63,236 nt of DNA, taken from NCBI GenBank assembly GCA_022777645.1, contig JALFFX010000005.1, positions 1-63,236 on the forward strand, read 5' to 3'. The notes under the pieces are model-generated. The model saw only the letters and a list, made by a program, of their open reading frames with translations. It was not told the DNA's origin and searched no databases. Below are positions 48,260 through 57,029 of the stretch, one piece after another (the stretch's first letter is position 1; every line of letters starts with the position of its first letter). The position numbers and the translations under genes were made by a program. Source of the DNA: Erysipelotrichaceae bacterium. Lineage in GTDB: Bacteria > Bacillota_I > Bacilli_A > RFN20 > CAG-826.

Positions 48260-49588
48260 ATGTTTAAAAGAGATAAATATTTAAATCAATTAATTCGTAG
48301 TAGAGATAATCACCAAGTCAAAGTAATTACAGGAATACGTCGTGCTGGAAAATCGTATTTGATTAACAAAATCTTTTTCGATTGGTTGGTAGAGAACGGT
48401 GTTGATGTCACACATATTATTAAGTTTTCCTTTGATTCTGAAATAGATATTCGAAAACTTGATTCATACTTGCCAACCGAATCAACAATTGTGCGAGTCG
48501 TTGAAGGCCAAAATATAATCAACAATCGAAAATTCATGCTTTTTATTGACGACAAAACTAAAGATGAAGGTAACTATATTTTATTATTGGATGAAATTCA
48601 AAATTTAGATGATTTCGTTAGAGTACTAAATGGTTATCTTTATTTGAATAGATTTGATATTTATGTTACAGGAAGTAATTCCCGCTTTTTATCTAGCCAG
48701 GTTGATACAGAATTCAGTGGTAGAGGTAACAGAATCCATTTATTGCCGCTTTCTTTTTCGGAATATTTAACGGGCACCGATTTGTATAAGCGAGATGCCT
48801 TAGATGAATACATTCGTTATGGAGGGATTCCTCTTGTTGAGCTTCAATCCAACGATGAGGAAAAGGCTAAAATGGCAATTAGTATTTACAAAGAAACTTA
48901 TTTAAAGGATATAAAGAACCGCCATCCTCAAGTTGAAGAGAATAATCTTCACACAACACTTGAAGTAATTGCTTCTATGATTTCAACACCAATTAATCCA
49001 ACAAAAATAGAAAACACTTTTAAAAGTGCCTTTAGTATAAAACTATCCAACAATGTGATAGGTAATTATATCAACTGGTTCGAAGAAGCATATTTGTTAA
49101 ATAAAGCTTTGCGATATAACGTTAAAGGCAGACATTATATAGGTACGCCATATAAAGTTTATTTTGAAGACGTTGGAATAAGAAACGCAGCATTGAACTT
49201 TCGAGAAGTTGATGAAACCGATATAATCGAAAACATTGTTTATAATGAACTTAGATATCGTGGTTTCAATGTCGATGTCGGCATTGTAACAATTAAAAAG
49301 AAAACGGATCGAAAAGATAAAAATGGTAAATGGATATATGCAGATGTGGATACCGAATGTGACTTTGTTGCTAATAAGGGAGATAAAACATATTACGTTC
49401 AAGTTGCTTTAACGATAGACACTCTAGAAAAGAAAGATCAAGAATATGAATCTCTTAGAAATATTCCGGATTCTTTTAAAAAGGTAATTATTGTAAAAAA
49501 TGAAGGACTTCACTATCGAACTCGTGAGGGCTTCTTGAGATTAAGTCTATTAGATTTTTTGACAAACATTGATTCATTAGATTGGTGA
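48260..49588 (+). CDS. AAA_14 / DUF4143 ATPase
   Basis: VITGIRRAGKSYL Walker A, LLLDEIQ Walker B, DUF4143-like C-terminal half. Confidence 0.7.
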   Translation: MFKRDKYLNQLIRSRDNHQVKVITGIRRAGKSYLINKIFFDWLVENGVDVTHIIKFSFDSEIDIRKLDSYLPTESTIVRVVEGQNIINNRKFMLFIDDKTKDEGNYILLLDEIQNLDDFVRVLNGYLYLNRFDIYVTGSNSRFLSSQVDTEFSGRGNRIHLLPLSFSEYLTGTDLYKRDALDEYIRYGGIPLVELQSNDEEKAKMAISIYKETYLKDIKNRHPQVEENNLHTTLEVIASMISTPINPTKIENTFKSAFSIKLSNNVIGNYINWFEEAYLLNKALRYNVKGRHYIGTPYKVYFEDVGIRNAALNFREVDETDIIENIVYNELRYRGFNVDVGIVTIKKKTDRKDKNGKWIYADVDTECDFVANKGDKTYYVQVALTIDTLEKKDQEYESLRNIPDSFKKVIIVKNEGLHYRTREGFLRLSLLDFLTNIDSLDW

Positions 49589-49726
49589 TGGATATTTTTT
49601 AATCACCTGAAATGGCTATACATATTTGATTTTGTACGCGTTGAAACCATAATAGGACTATATCGAAAATAAAAGATAATGTTTAATATAATAGACATTA
49701 ACTTAACTTTCTTGTAAACTATAGGT

Positions 49727-50170
49727 GTGGAAAGCAAATTTGAAATTGGTCAAAAAGTTAAAAACAAAAGATTAGAACTTAATTTGAGAATGGATGATGT
49801 TGCTAAAGAAGTTGGAATCACTAGATCCACTCTGTGGGCTATTGAAAACGGAAGTGGCAATTATACAATCGACAACCTTCTTAAATTAGTAAGTTTTTTG
49901 AACATGTCTATTGATATTAGTAGTCAAACACAAGGAACTAGAAAAAGAGCCACTCGAACAAATAGTGTCCTAGACAAAAAGATAAATAGATTCATAGTTA
50001 TGTGTGTTGAACAATATGCCTCTAGCGTTAATCGAAGTAGTGCAACCATTTATAACGAACTTAATAAAGCTGGCATTATCAAAGAATTAAAGGATGATTA
50101 TGAGGATATGCATGGCATGTCCACATATTCGATAAATGAATATATAAGTAGAAGATTAATTCACAAGTAG
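49727..50170 (+). CDS. XRE-family HTH fused to a DUF3791-like domain
   Basis: IGQKVKNKRLELNLRMDDVAKEVGITRSTLWAIENG, then FIVMCVEQYASSVNRSSATIYNELNKAGIIKELKDDYEDMHGMS. Starts at a GTG. Confidence 0.6.
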   Translation: MESKFEIGQKVKNKRLELNLRMDDVAKEVGITRSTLWAIENGSGNYTIDNLLKLVSFLNMSIDISSQTQGTRKRATRTNSVLDKKINRFIVMCVEQYASSVNRSSATIYNELNKAGIIKELKDDYEDMHGMSTYSINEYISRRLIHK

Positions 50171-50231
50171 CTTTTTGTAGTGAAGACTCTTTGGAACTAA
50201 TAAGTTTTATTAATAGTTATGAGGTCAAATA

Positions 50232-50951
50232 ATGAAACATGTTCTTTCTAAAACAATACTTATATCTCAGACCATTGAACTAATAGCGAAAAAATATAAG
50301 CTGAGCATTGAAGAATCTCGAAACAGATTTTATCAGTCAGACGTAATTGAAATGTTGGATGATGATGATACAGGCCTTTATGGTGAATCGGCGTTATATC
50401 TTTTATCTCTTTATGAGAATTATTTTAAAAATAAATGCATTGAAACAGAGAGGCTTTTACTCAGAAAGATAAGGATTGAAGATGCCAAACCAATGTTTGA
50501 CAATTGGGCAAGTGATCCTGAAGTTACTAAATATTTAACTTGGAATCCTCACGAGAATATAGAAGTGACTAAAATGATTATTAACCGTTGGCTTGAAGAA
50601 GAAAAAGATCCGAAAACCATTAGATTTGTTATTACTTTAAAAGATAGTGGCGAACCCATTGGTTCTATTGATGTAGTTAACTATATTGATGGCAATCCCG
50701 AGATTGGATATTGTTTATCAAAAAAGTATTGGAATCAAGGTTTGATGACTGAAGCATGTAAAGCTTTTACTAAATATCTTTTTAATAAAGGTTTTAATAA
50801 AGTGTTAATCAAAGCACTAGTGGAAAATATCAGTAGCAATCGAGTAATTGAAAAATGTGGATTTAAATTCACCCACCAAGAACATCTTGAACATCTATCA
50901 TCTTTTAAACCCAATCCAACAACACTCAATTGTTACGAATTAATTAAATAA
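50232..50951 (+). CDS. DUF3791-like N-terminal module fused to a RimJ/RimL-type GNAT acetyltransferase
   Basis: LISQTIELIAKKYKLSIEESRNRFYQSDVIEMLDDDDTGLYGESALYL, then ETERLLLRKIRIEDAKPMFDNWASDPEVTKYL...GYCLSKKYWNQGLMTEA...SNRVIEKCGF. Confidence 0.55.
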   Translation: MKHVLSKTILISQTIELIAKKYKLSIEESRNRFYQSDVIEMLDDDDTGLYGESALYLLSLYENYFKNKCIETERLLLRKIRIEDAKPMFDNWASDPEVTKYLTWNPHENIEVTKMIINRWLEEEKDPKTIRFVITLKDSGEPIGSIDVVNYIDGNPEIGYCLSKKYWNQGLMTEACKAFTKYLFNKGFNKVLIKALVENISSNRVIEKCGFKFTHQEHLEHLSSFKPNPTTLNCYELIK

Positions 50952-51093
50952 TCATACATCATCTTTGTTGCAGTGAAGATACATATTGAAACTCCTTGGA
51001 TTTAAAGAACAAGACAACAATCTCATCTGGTATAATAAGGAAAAATGCTCAAACTATTGGTCATTGAAAAAAGGATTAGGTTTTTTTCTAAAT

Positions 51094-51756
51094 ATGATAT
51101 ACATAACAGGTGATACACATGGAGATATTGATTATGAGAAACTTCTCATTTTAAAAGAGAAGAATCTTTCTTATGATGATTTTCTAATTATATGCGGTGA
51201 TGCTGGAATATGTTGGTCGCCTCAAGTGTTTCAACATTTCTTAAACTTATATAACGACATTGGGTGCACAATCATTTTTGTTGATGGGAATCATGAAAAT
51301 TTTGAAATGCTGAACGATATGCCTTTGGTGGAATATAAATGTGCGTTAATGCATCAAATCGATAAACATATTTTCCATGTATTACGTGGCGAAATAATGA
51401 TATTAAGCGGTAAAACCTTTTTATGTATTGGCGGTGCTGTTTCTATCGACAAAATGTATAGGACTCCTTATGTTTCTTGGTGGCCTGAGGAAGAGATAAC
51501 GTACCACGACATTGATAATGCGTTAAATAATTTAGAGAAGATTAATAACAAAGTTGATTATGTTATAACTCATTGTTGTGATACGAAAACCGTTTTAAAA
51601 GAATTTGGCTTCAGAAGGGATGTTTGCACAGACCAATTGATGTTTATAGACAAAGTTGTGGATTATAAACATTTGTTTTTTGGTCATTACCATTTTGATA
51701 GAAACATATCAGATAAAAAGACTTGTTTATACAATAATGTCATAGAAATGCTATAA
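51094..51756 (+). CDS. Calcineurin-like metallophosphoesterase
   Basis: ITGDTHGD, ICGDAG, VDGNHENF, GHYH. The ATG at 51094 is preferred over the upstream TTG at 50986. Confidence 0.7.
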   Translation: MIYITGDTHGDIDYEKLLILKEKNLSYDDFLIICGDAGICWSPQVFQHFLNLYNDIGCTIIFVDGNHENFEMLNDMPLVEYKCALMHQIDKHIFHVLRGEIMILSGKTFLCIGGAVSIDKMYRTPYVSWWPEEEITYHDIDNALNNLEKINNKVDYVITHCCDTKTVLKEFGFRRDVCTDQLMFIDKVVDYKHLFFGHYHFDRNISDKKTCLYNNVIEML

Positions 51757-51892
51757 CAAAAAATCGTTTCGTTGGCTTGCATTAGATAAAACTGAACATG
51801 TATGACTGTCCAATATCATCGTTTGTTGCATATAATAAGGCATTAATATCAAGAAGAATAGGTGATAGCAATCTGCATTTCGCTATTGGTTT

Positions 51893-51961
51893 TGCCAAAC
51901 TTGCCGTTATTTTTATGCCAAACTTGCGGTTAAATATGCGCCAAACTTGCGGTTTTGTTTA
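51893..51961 (+). repeat. 3 x 23-bp tandem direct repeats (iteron-like), core GCCAAACTTGCGGTT
   Basis: Core starts at 51894, 51917 and 51940, an exact 23-bp period. Confidence 0.85.
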
Positions 51962-52307
51962 ATCTAAACCCTTGGTTTAATCTTAAAAAATTATGACATT
52001 ATCAAGATTGATAGAGAAACCAATGCCGTCATTTTATTTGCAGATGGTTCTAGGGCGTTAGTTGAAGTAAAACCAAGTGATAGCAGGTTGCTATTATCTA
52101 TTTTTGTATAATAATCGGAAATGGAAAAGCAGACTAAAAAACAGATTAAAAAGCAGACCAAAAATAAAACTTAAAGTTCTTTTTTCACTTCATTTTTGGC
52201 GCTAATTTCGTCGATATTTGCTATATTTTTAAGGTTTTATTTTTCCAAATAACTTTTATTAAGACATTTAATAATGTAAAATAATTTCAATAGGAGTTTA
52301 AGTGCTT

Positions 52308-53948
52308 ATGAAAAAAATACACAGTTTGATTTTTTTGTGTTTATGCGCGTGTGTCTTTAGCGCATGCACAAATAAATCTAATATTTCTAACACCGGTGAA
52401 CCGCCTACTGGTGGTGAAACTGGAAACGTTGGAAACGAGGATAATGCCGATCACTATATAACGGGTGTTAAGGTCTTATCTTGGCCAACGAAACATGAAT
52501 ATTTGCCTGGTGAAAAAATTGATTTAAATGGCTTAACATTAGAAGTAACTTGGGAAGACGGTTATATTGAAACCGTAGATCATAAACATGTTTCTTGTAA
52601 TATGAGTACGTATGTCGAAGGTACTACTGAACTTATATTAACTTACGCTGGTTTTGATTTCCATTTTGTTTTATCCGGAGATATTGATGTAGACGGAATC
52701 CAAGTTGTTAAGAAATCATATCGTTCCACTTATATAGTAGGAGAATGTTTTAATCCTACTGGTTTAGAAGTTAGATATCACAAAGATGGAGTTCCTTTTG
52801 GAAGTAATATTGAATTTGATTATTCTCCAAAGACACCTTTAACAATTAATGATAATAAGATTGTTATTAAAGTTGGACAATATACAGTTGATTATCCAAT
52901 TGAAGTTTCTAATGGTGTTTCAGTTGAAACTGAAGATGCTAACGAAATTGTTGGTGGAGAAATTGCTAGAACTGGTATGGTTGCAGGATATGCATCTGGT
53001 TCAGCCATGACAAGAAATTTTGGTGAAGGAGATACAATGAAATTCCTCATCACCGCAAATGAAGATGTAACAAGCAATATTTATATTGTTGGTGCCTCTG
53101 CTTGCGTTTCTCAATATGTTAATGGTGTACCACTTGTTACAGAAGACATGCAATTAAATAGACTTTTAACCTTAAAAGTAAATAATCAAGAAATCGAAGT
53201 CGGAGATGAAGCTATATTTAAAGGCGAAACTTTCGAAACAGCAGATTATAAAAACCTCGCAAACTGGACAAATGTTTATTTAAATAAAGTTAATTTAGTT
53301 AAAGGAGATAATGAAATTGTATTTACATTCAAAGCCTCGCCTTATGTAAATGCGGATGAAGGTAAGACAACTGCCTCTCCTTTCTATGACAAAATGATGT
53401 TCTCAGGAGATGGTATTTCACATAATACTGGAAGTATAGAAACACCTGATGTACCAGATGTACCAGATGTACCTGATGTACCAGTACTTCCTGAATTAAC
53501 AGCCACAACAAAAATTGAAGCTGAAAATATGGAAATATCAGGTATTGTTAAGGCTGGAAATCAAAGCTTACACCCTAGCTATGCAAATAGTGGAGTTGCA
53601 AATAATTTTTCTAACCAAGCATTCGTTAAAAACTTTAATACAGATGGTTACTTAAAATACACATGTAAAGTTAATAATGATACATCAATTAACCTCAACT
53701 TAGCAGGTTCGCCTGTTAACACAAATACCGCAGTTGATTTAAAGAATATTTTTGATTTATACATCAATGATCAAAAAGTCACTATTAACGGAGATGCAAC
53801 ATATGCTACTTCTTCAACTGCATGGCTTGTTAGAGAAGGTGATTTCGGCACTTATAATGTATCTAAAGGAACTCTAGAAATTAAATTTAAAGTAAAAAGT
53901 GCTTACAACGAATCTATATTCGTAGACTATTTACTTATTGAGATTTAA
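52308..53948 (+). CDS. Lipoprotein with two Big_3-like Ig domains and two CBM6/35-like modules
   Basis: Lipobox VFSACTN. Ig-like segment KHEYLPGEKIDLNGLTLEVTWEDG. CBM-like segments VETEDAN...ASGSAM and IEAENMEISG. (PDV)4 linker. Confidence 0.65.
   Translation: MKKIHSLIFLCLCACVFSACTNKSNISNTGEPPTGGETGNVGNEDNADHYITGVKVLSWPTKHEYLPGEKIDLNGLTLEVTWEDGYIETVDHKHVSCNMSTYVEGTTELILTYAGFDFHFVLSGDIDVDGIQVVKKSYRSTYIVGECFNPTGLEVRYHKDGVPFGSNIEFDYSPKTPLTINDNKIVIKVGQYTVDYPIEVSNGVSVETEDANEIVGGEIARTGMVAGYASGSAMTRNFGEGDTMKFLITANEDVTSNIYIVGASACVSQYVNGVPLVTEDMQLNRLLTLKVNNQEIEVGDEAIFKGETFETADYKNLANWTNVYLNKVNLVKGDNEIVFTFKASPYVNADEGKTTASPFYDKMMFSGDGISHNTGSIETPDVPDVPDVPDVPVLPELTATTKIEAENMEISGIVKAGNQSLHPSYANSGVANNFSNQAFVKNFNTDGYLKYTCKVNNDTSINLNLAGSPVNTNTAVDLKNIFDLYINDQKVTINGDATYATSSTAWLVREGDFGTYNVSKGTLEIKFKVKSAYNESIFVDYLLIEI
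52905..53948 (+). repeat. About 1-kb direct repeat, copy 1 (paralogous with 57983-58999)
   Basis: High nucleotide identity, including an identical run ACAAGCAATATTTATATTGTTGGTGCCTCTGCTTGCGTTTCTCAATATGTTAATGGTGT in both copies. Confidence 0.85.
53445..53480 (+). repeat. In-frame 9-bp x 4 tandem repeat encoding (PDV)4
   Basis: CCTGATGTA CCAGATGTA CCAGATGTA CCTGATGTA. The paralog has a single PDEPV at the equivalent place. Confidence 0.9.
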
Positions 53949-53963
53949 GGAGGATAAATAATA

Positions 53964-56900
53964 ATGAAAAAGAAAACAGTATTAAAAATTATATTTACGC
54001 CTTTCTTCGCAATTTTACTTGCAGCTTTAGCGGTAGGTAATGGAGTTGCATTATATTATTTTGATACAATTACTGAATTCTTCCATGGTTCTTCAACAGT
54101 ATTTGAAGGAGAAAAAGTCGAACAAGCTTTAGAAAACGGAGATAAACTAAACGTTCAAATCGAAGAAGAAGGTATCGTTATGTTTAGAAACGAAGACATG
54201 AATAGACATAATGAATACACAAGCGTTGTTAATAACGCTCTTCCTATGACAAGTGAAGAATTAGAAAAAGTTAATGTCTTTGGCTGGTCTGCCACCGATA
54301 GAGGTTGGGTTGCTGGAAGTGATGGCTCTTGTAACGCAAATAACGGCACCAATAAAAATAAATATGACAGTATTCTTGACGCTTTTGATAACGCTAAAAT
54401 CGGCGATGAGGAAAAACCTATTTTGTACAATCAAGAACTCATTGATATGTATGAAGAATTTAGAGTCGGAAGAGCGGAAAGAAGAGGTTTAACAGGACAC
54501 GACCAATTCTTTATGCTCATCGAACCAAATCGCGCTAGTTATGATGCGATCGGTTTAAACAATCAAACATTATTACAAAACGCAATTGATTTTAGCGATG
54601 TAGCGATTGTTGTTATTTCTAGATTAGGTGGGGAAAATAACGATTTACCTTATTTCCAACTTAAAAATACAACAGGTAAATATACTGACTCTGATACATT
54701 ACCAAGAGATGACACAAGAACTTATCTTGATTTATCAACTGAAGAAGAAGATATGTTAAGAATGGTTAGAGATAACTTTAGAAAAGTTATTGTAATCTAT
54801 AATGGTTGCAACAATATGAATCTTGAATACCTAGAAAGATTTGACGTCGATGCTTGCTTAAGTGTTAACGGTACAGGTCAATCTGGTGTTGATGCAATTC
54901 CTAAAATTTTATCTGGTGAAGTTAATCCATCAGGTAAATCAGTTCAAATTCAACCATATGATTTAACTACAGATCCTACATATTTAAATTGTGGTAAAAG
55001 AACGAGAGCTGCTAATACAGCAGTGTACGCTGAAAACATTTATGTTGGTTATAAATACTATGAAACCGCAGATGTTGAAGGTGTATTCGACAATGTAGAT
55101 AATGAATTTGGCAAAGGCTATGAAGGTATTATTCAATATCCATTCGGATATGGTTTATCCTATACAACATTTGATTGGGATATTGTTGAATGCTCACCAG
55201 CGCCTTCATCAAAAATTACCGAAGACACTCAAATAAGTGTTAAGGTTGATGTTACAAATACTGGTAATGTATCTGGTAAAGATATTGTTGAACTATATGT
55301 AACCCCTCCTTATTACGACAAAGAAATCGAAAAAGCACACGTCAATTTAATGGCGTTTGCTAAAACAAGCGAATTAAAACCAGGTCAAACAGAAAGACTT
55401 ACTTTAACTTTTGATGCCTATGATATGGCAAGTTATGACTGTTATGATTCAAACCATAATAGATATTATGGATATGAACTTGATAGAGGTACTTATGAAG
55501 TTAAATTAATGAGAGACTCTCACACTCTTGTTTCAAGTGATAGTGTTATTAAATACTCTGTTGATAAAACAATTAAATTTAGAGAAGATCCTGTTACTGG
55601 AAATAAAGTTGAAAACAGATTTACAAACTATACTCTTGTGAAAAAACAAGATGATGGTTCATTTACTTCTAAAGTTATTAAAGCATACGCAAATTGTGCT
55701 TTAGATGGTAGTGATTCTACAAAAAACCCAATTACTTATTTATCAAGAACTAATTTTGTAGAAACATTCCCAAATAAAACTTATGGCGCTATGTCGGGTG
55801 ATGCTGTTACTAACGCTTATTCATATGTTCCTGATGTTCAAACAGACGGAAATCCAGTAATCACTGGTGTTGAAGCTAATTTAAGATTAGTAACAAAAGA
55901 AGATGGCTCTTATTTCAGTAAAACTGAATTACAATCTGGTTTAAAAAACGCTAAAGTAAACGAAGAACTCATGTTGAAATTAGGCGCTGATTATGATGAT
56001 CCTACTTGGGATACATTATTAAACCAAATGAGTAAAGATGAGATTAATACTCTTGTTTGTGATGGCAATTATTACAATAGAGAAGTTGCATCAATTGGAA
56101 AACCTAAATTATTAGACTCTGACGGCCCAAGTGGACTAAATAGACACGTCGCAGGTATTGGCACAGGTGATAAATCAAATTGGACAATGTATTCTATGCC
56201 TGCTGTTATTGCTCAAAGCTGGAATGTTCATTTATCTTATAGCTTTGGTTTATCTGTTGGTGCTGAATCTCTTGCCACAGGTAATAATGGATGGTATGCA
56301 CCTGGTGCAAATATGATGCGTTCTCCTTTCTGTGGAAGAAATAGTGAATATTATTCTGAAGACTCTGTCTTATCAGGTTATATGGCCTCAGAAAGTTGCA
56401 GAGGCGCTATCGCTAACGGCATGAATGTTTATTTAAAGCATTTCGCATTAAATGAAACTGAAAGCGGTAGAATTAACTTACCAACTTGGTGTACAGAACA
56501 AACACTAAGAGAAATATATTTAAGACCATATGAAATCGCTGTTAAAAAAGGCGGATGCAATGGCTTTATGACATCATTAAATAGGATTGGTAATGTTCCT
56601 GCAAGTCACTGCAAAGCACTTGTTACTGATATTGCAAGAGATGAATGGGGATTTAGAGGATCTGTTGTTACTGATTCCTATATTGGATCTAAAGATATAC
56701 CTTCAACAGCGGTTAAAGCGGGTGTTAACTTAATGCTTGGTGTTGCTACTTCACATAATGTTACTAATGATGAAACAACACTTTATTACGCACGTTTAAG
56801 CTGTAAAAATATTATCTATGCATGGGCTAGATCATGGTATACATCAAAGACACATGATCATAGCCAAGATATTATTTCTAGCGATGTTGGTGTCTTTGTC

Positions 56901-57029
56901 CAAGGTGAAAAACCAACACCATATTGGTGGTATGGAGTTATCGCTTTAGATGGAGCTATGGCAGTAACCGCAGGTGTATCATTATTCTTTATTTGGAAAA
57001 AGAAAAAAATCAAAGGAGGAATTAAATAA
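53964..57029 (+). CDS. Family 3 glycoside hydrolase with permuted domain order and TM helices at both ends
   Basis: GH3 C-domain and Fn3-like region first (VVISRLGGENNDLPY; GYGLSYTTFDW; VTNTGNVSGKDIVELYV), then the GH3 N-domain (DGPSGLN; KHFALNETE; GFRGSVVTDS). Hydrophobic helices at aa ~8-33 and ~985-1010. Confidence 0.75.
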   Translation: MKKKTVLKIIFTPFFAILLAALAVGNGVALYYFDTITEFFHGSSTVFEGEKVEQALENGDKLNVQIEEEGIVMFRNEDMNRHNEYTSVVNNALPMTSEELEKVNVFGWSATDRGWVAGSDGSCNANNGTNKNKYDSILDAFDNAKIGDEEKPILYNQELIDMYEEFRVGRAERRGLTGHDQFFMLIEPNRASYDAIGLNNQTLLQNAIDFSDVAIVVISRLGGENNDLPYFQLKNTTGKYTDSDTLPRDDTRTYLDLSTEEEDMLRMVRDNFRKVIVIYNGCNNMNLEYLERFDVDACLSVNGTGQSGVDAIPKILSGEVNPSGKSVQIQPYDLTTDPTYLNCGKRTRAANTAVYAENIYVGYKYYETADVEGVFDNVDNEFGKGYEGIIQYPFGYGLSYTTFDWDIVECSPAPSSKITEDTQISVKVDVTNTGNVSGKDIVELYVTPPYYDKEIEKAHVNLMAFAKTSELKPGQTERLTLTFDAYDMASYDCYDSNHNRYYGYELDRGTYEVKLMRDSHTLVSSDSVIKYSVDKTIKFREDPVTGNKVENRFTNYTLVKKQDDGSFTSKVIKAYANCALDGSDSTKNPITYLSRTNFVETFPNKTYGAMSGDAVTNAYSYVPDVQTDGNPVITGVEANLRLVTKEDGSYFSKTELQSGLKNAKVNEELMLKLGADYDDPTWDTLLNQMSKDEINTLVCDGNYYNREVASIGKPKLLDSDGPSGLNRHVAGIGTGDKSNWTMYSMPAVIAQSWNVHLSYSFGLSVGAESLATGNNGWYAPGANMMRSPFCGRNSEYYSEDSVLSGYMASESCRGAIANGMNVYLKHFALNETESGRINLPTWCTEQTLREIYLRPYEIAVKKGGCNGFMTSLNRIGNVPASHCKALVTDIARDEWGFRGSVVTDSYIGSKDIPSTAVKAGVNLMLGVATSHNVTNDETTLYYARLSCKNIIYAWARSWYTSKTHDHSQDIISSDVGVFVQGEKPTPYWWYGVIALDGAMAVTAGVSLFFIWKKKKIKGGIK

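Noticed and set aside
52125-52180. A mini-ORF MEKQTKKQIKKQTKNKT, or alternatively the repeated AAAAGCAGAC/AAAAACAGAT segments.
   Set aside because: It has no convincing RBS. It is more simply explained as phased A-tracts (curved DNA) upstream of the lipoprotein/GH3 cluster promoter.
53445-53480. The (PDV)4 9-bp repeat as a phase-variation switch.
   Set aside because: The unit length is a multiple of three, so copy-number change alters the linker length but cannot switch the frame on or off.
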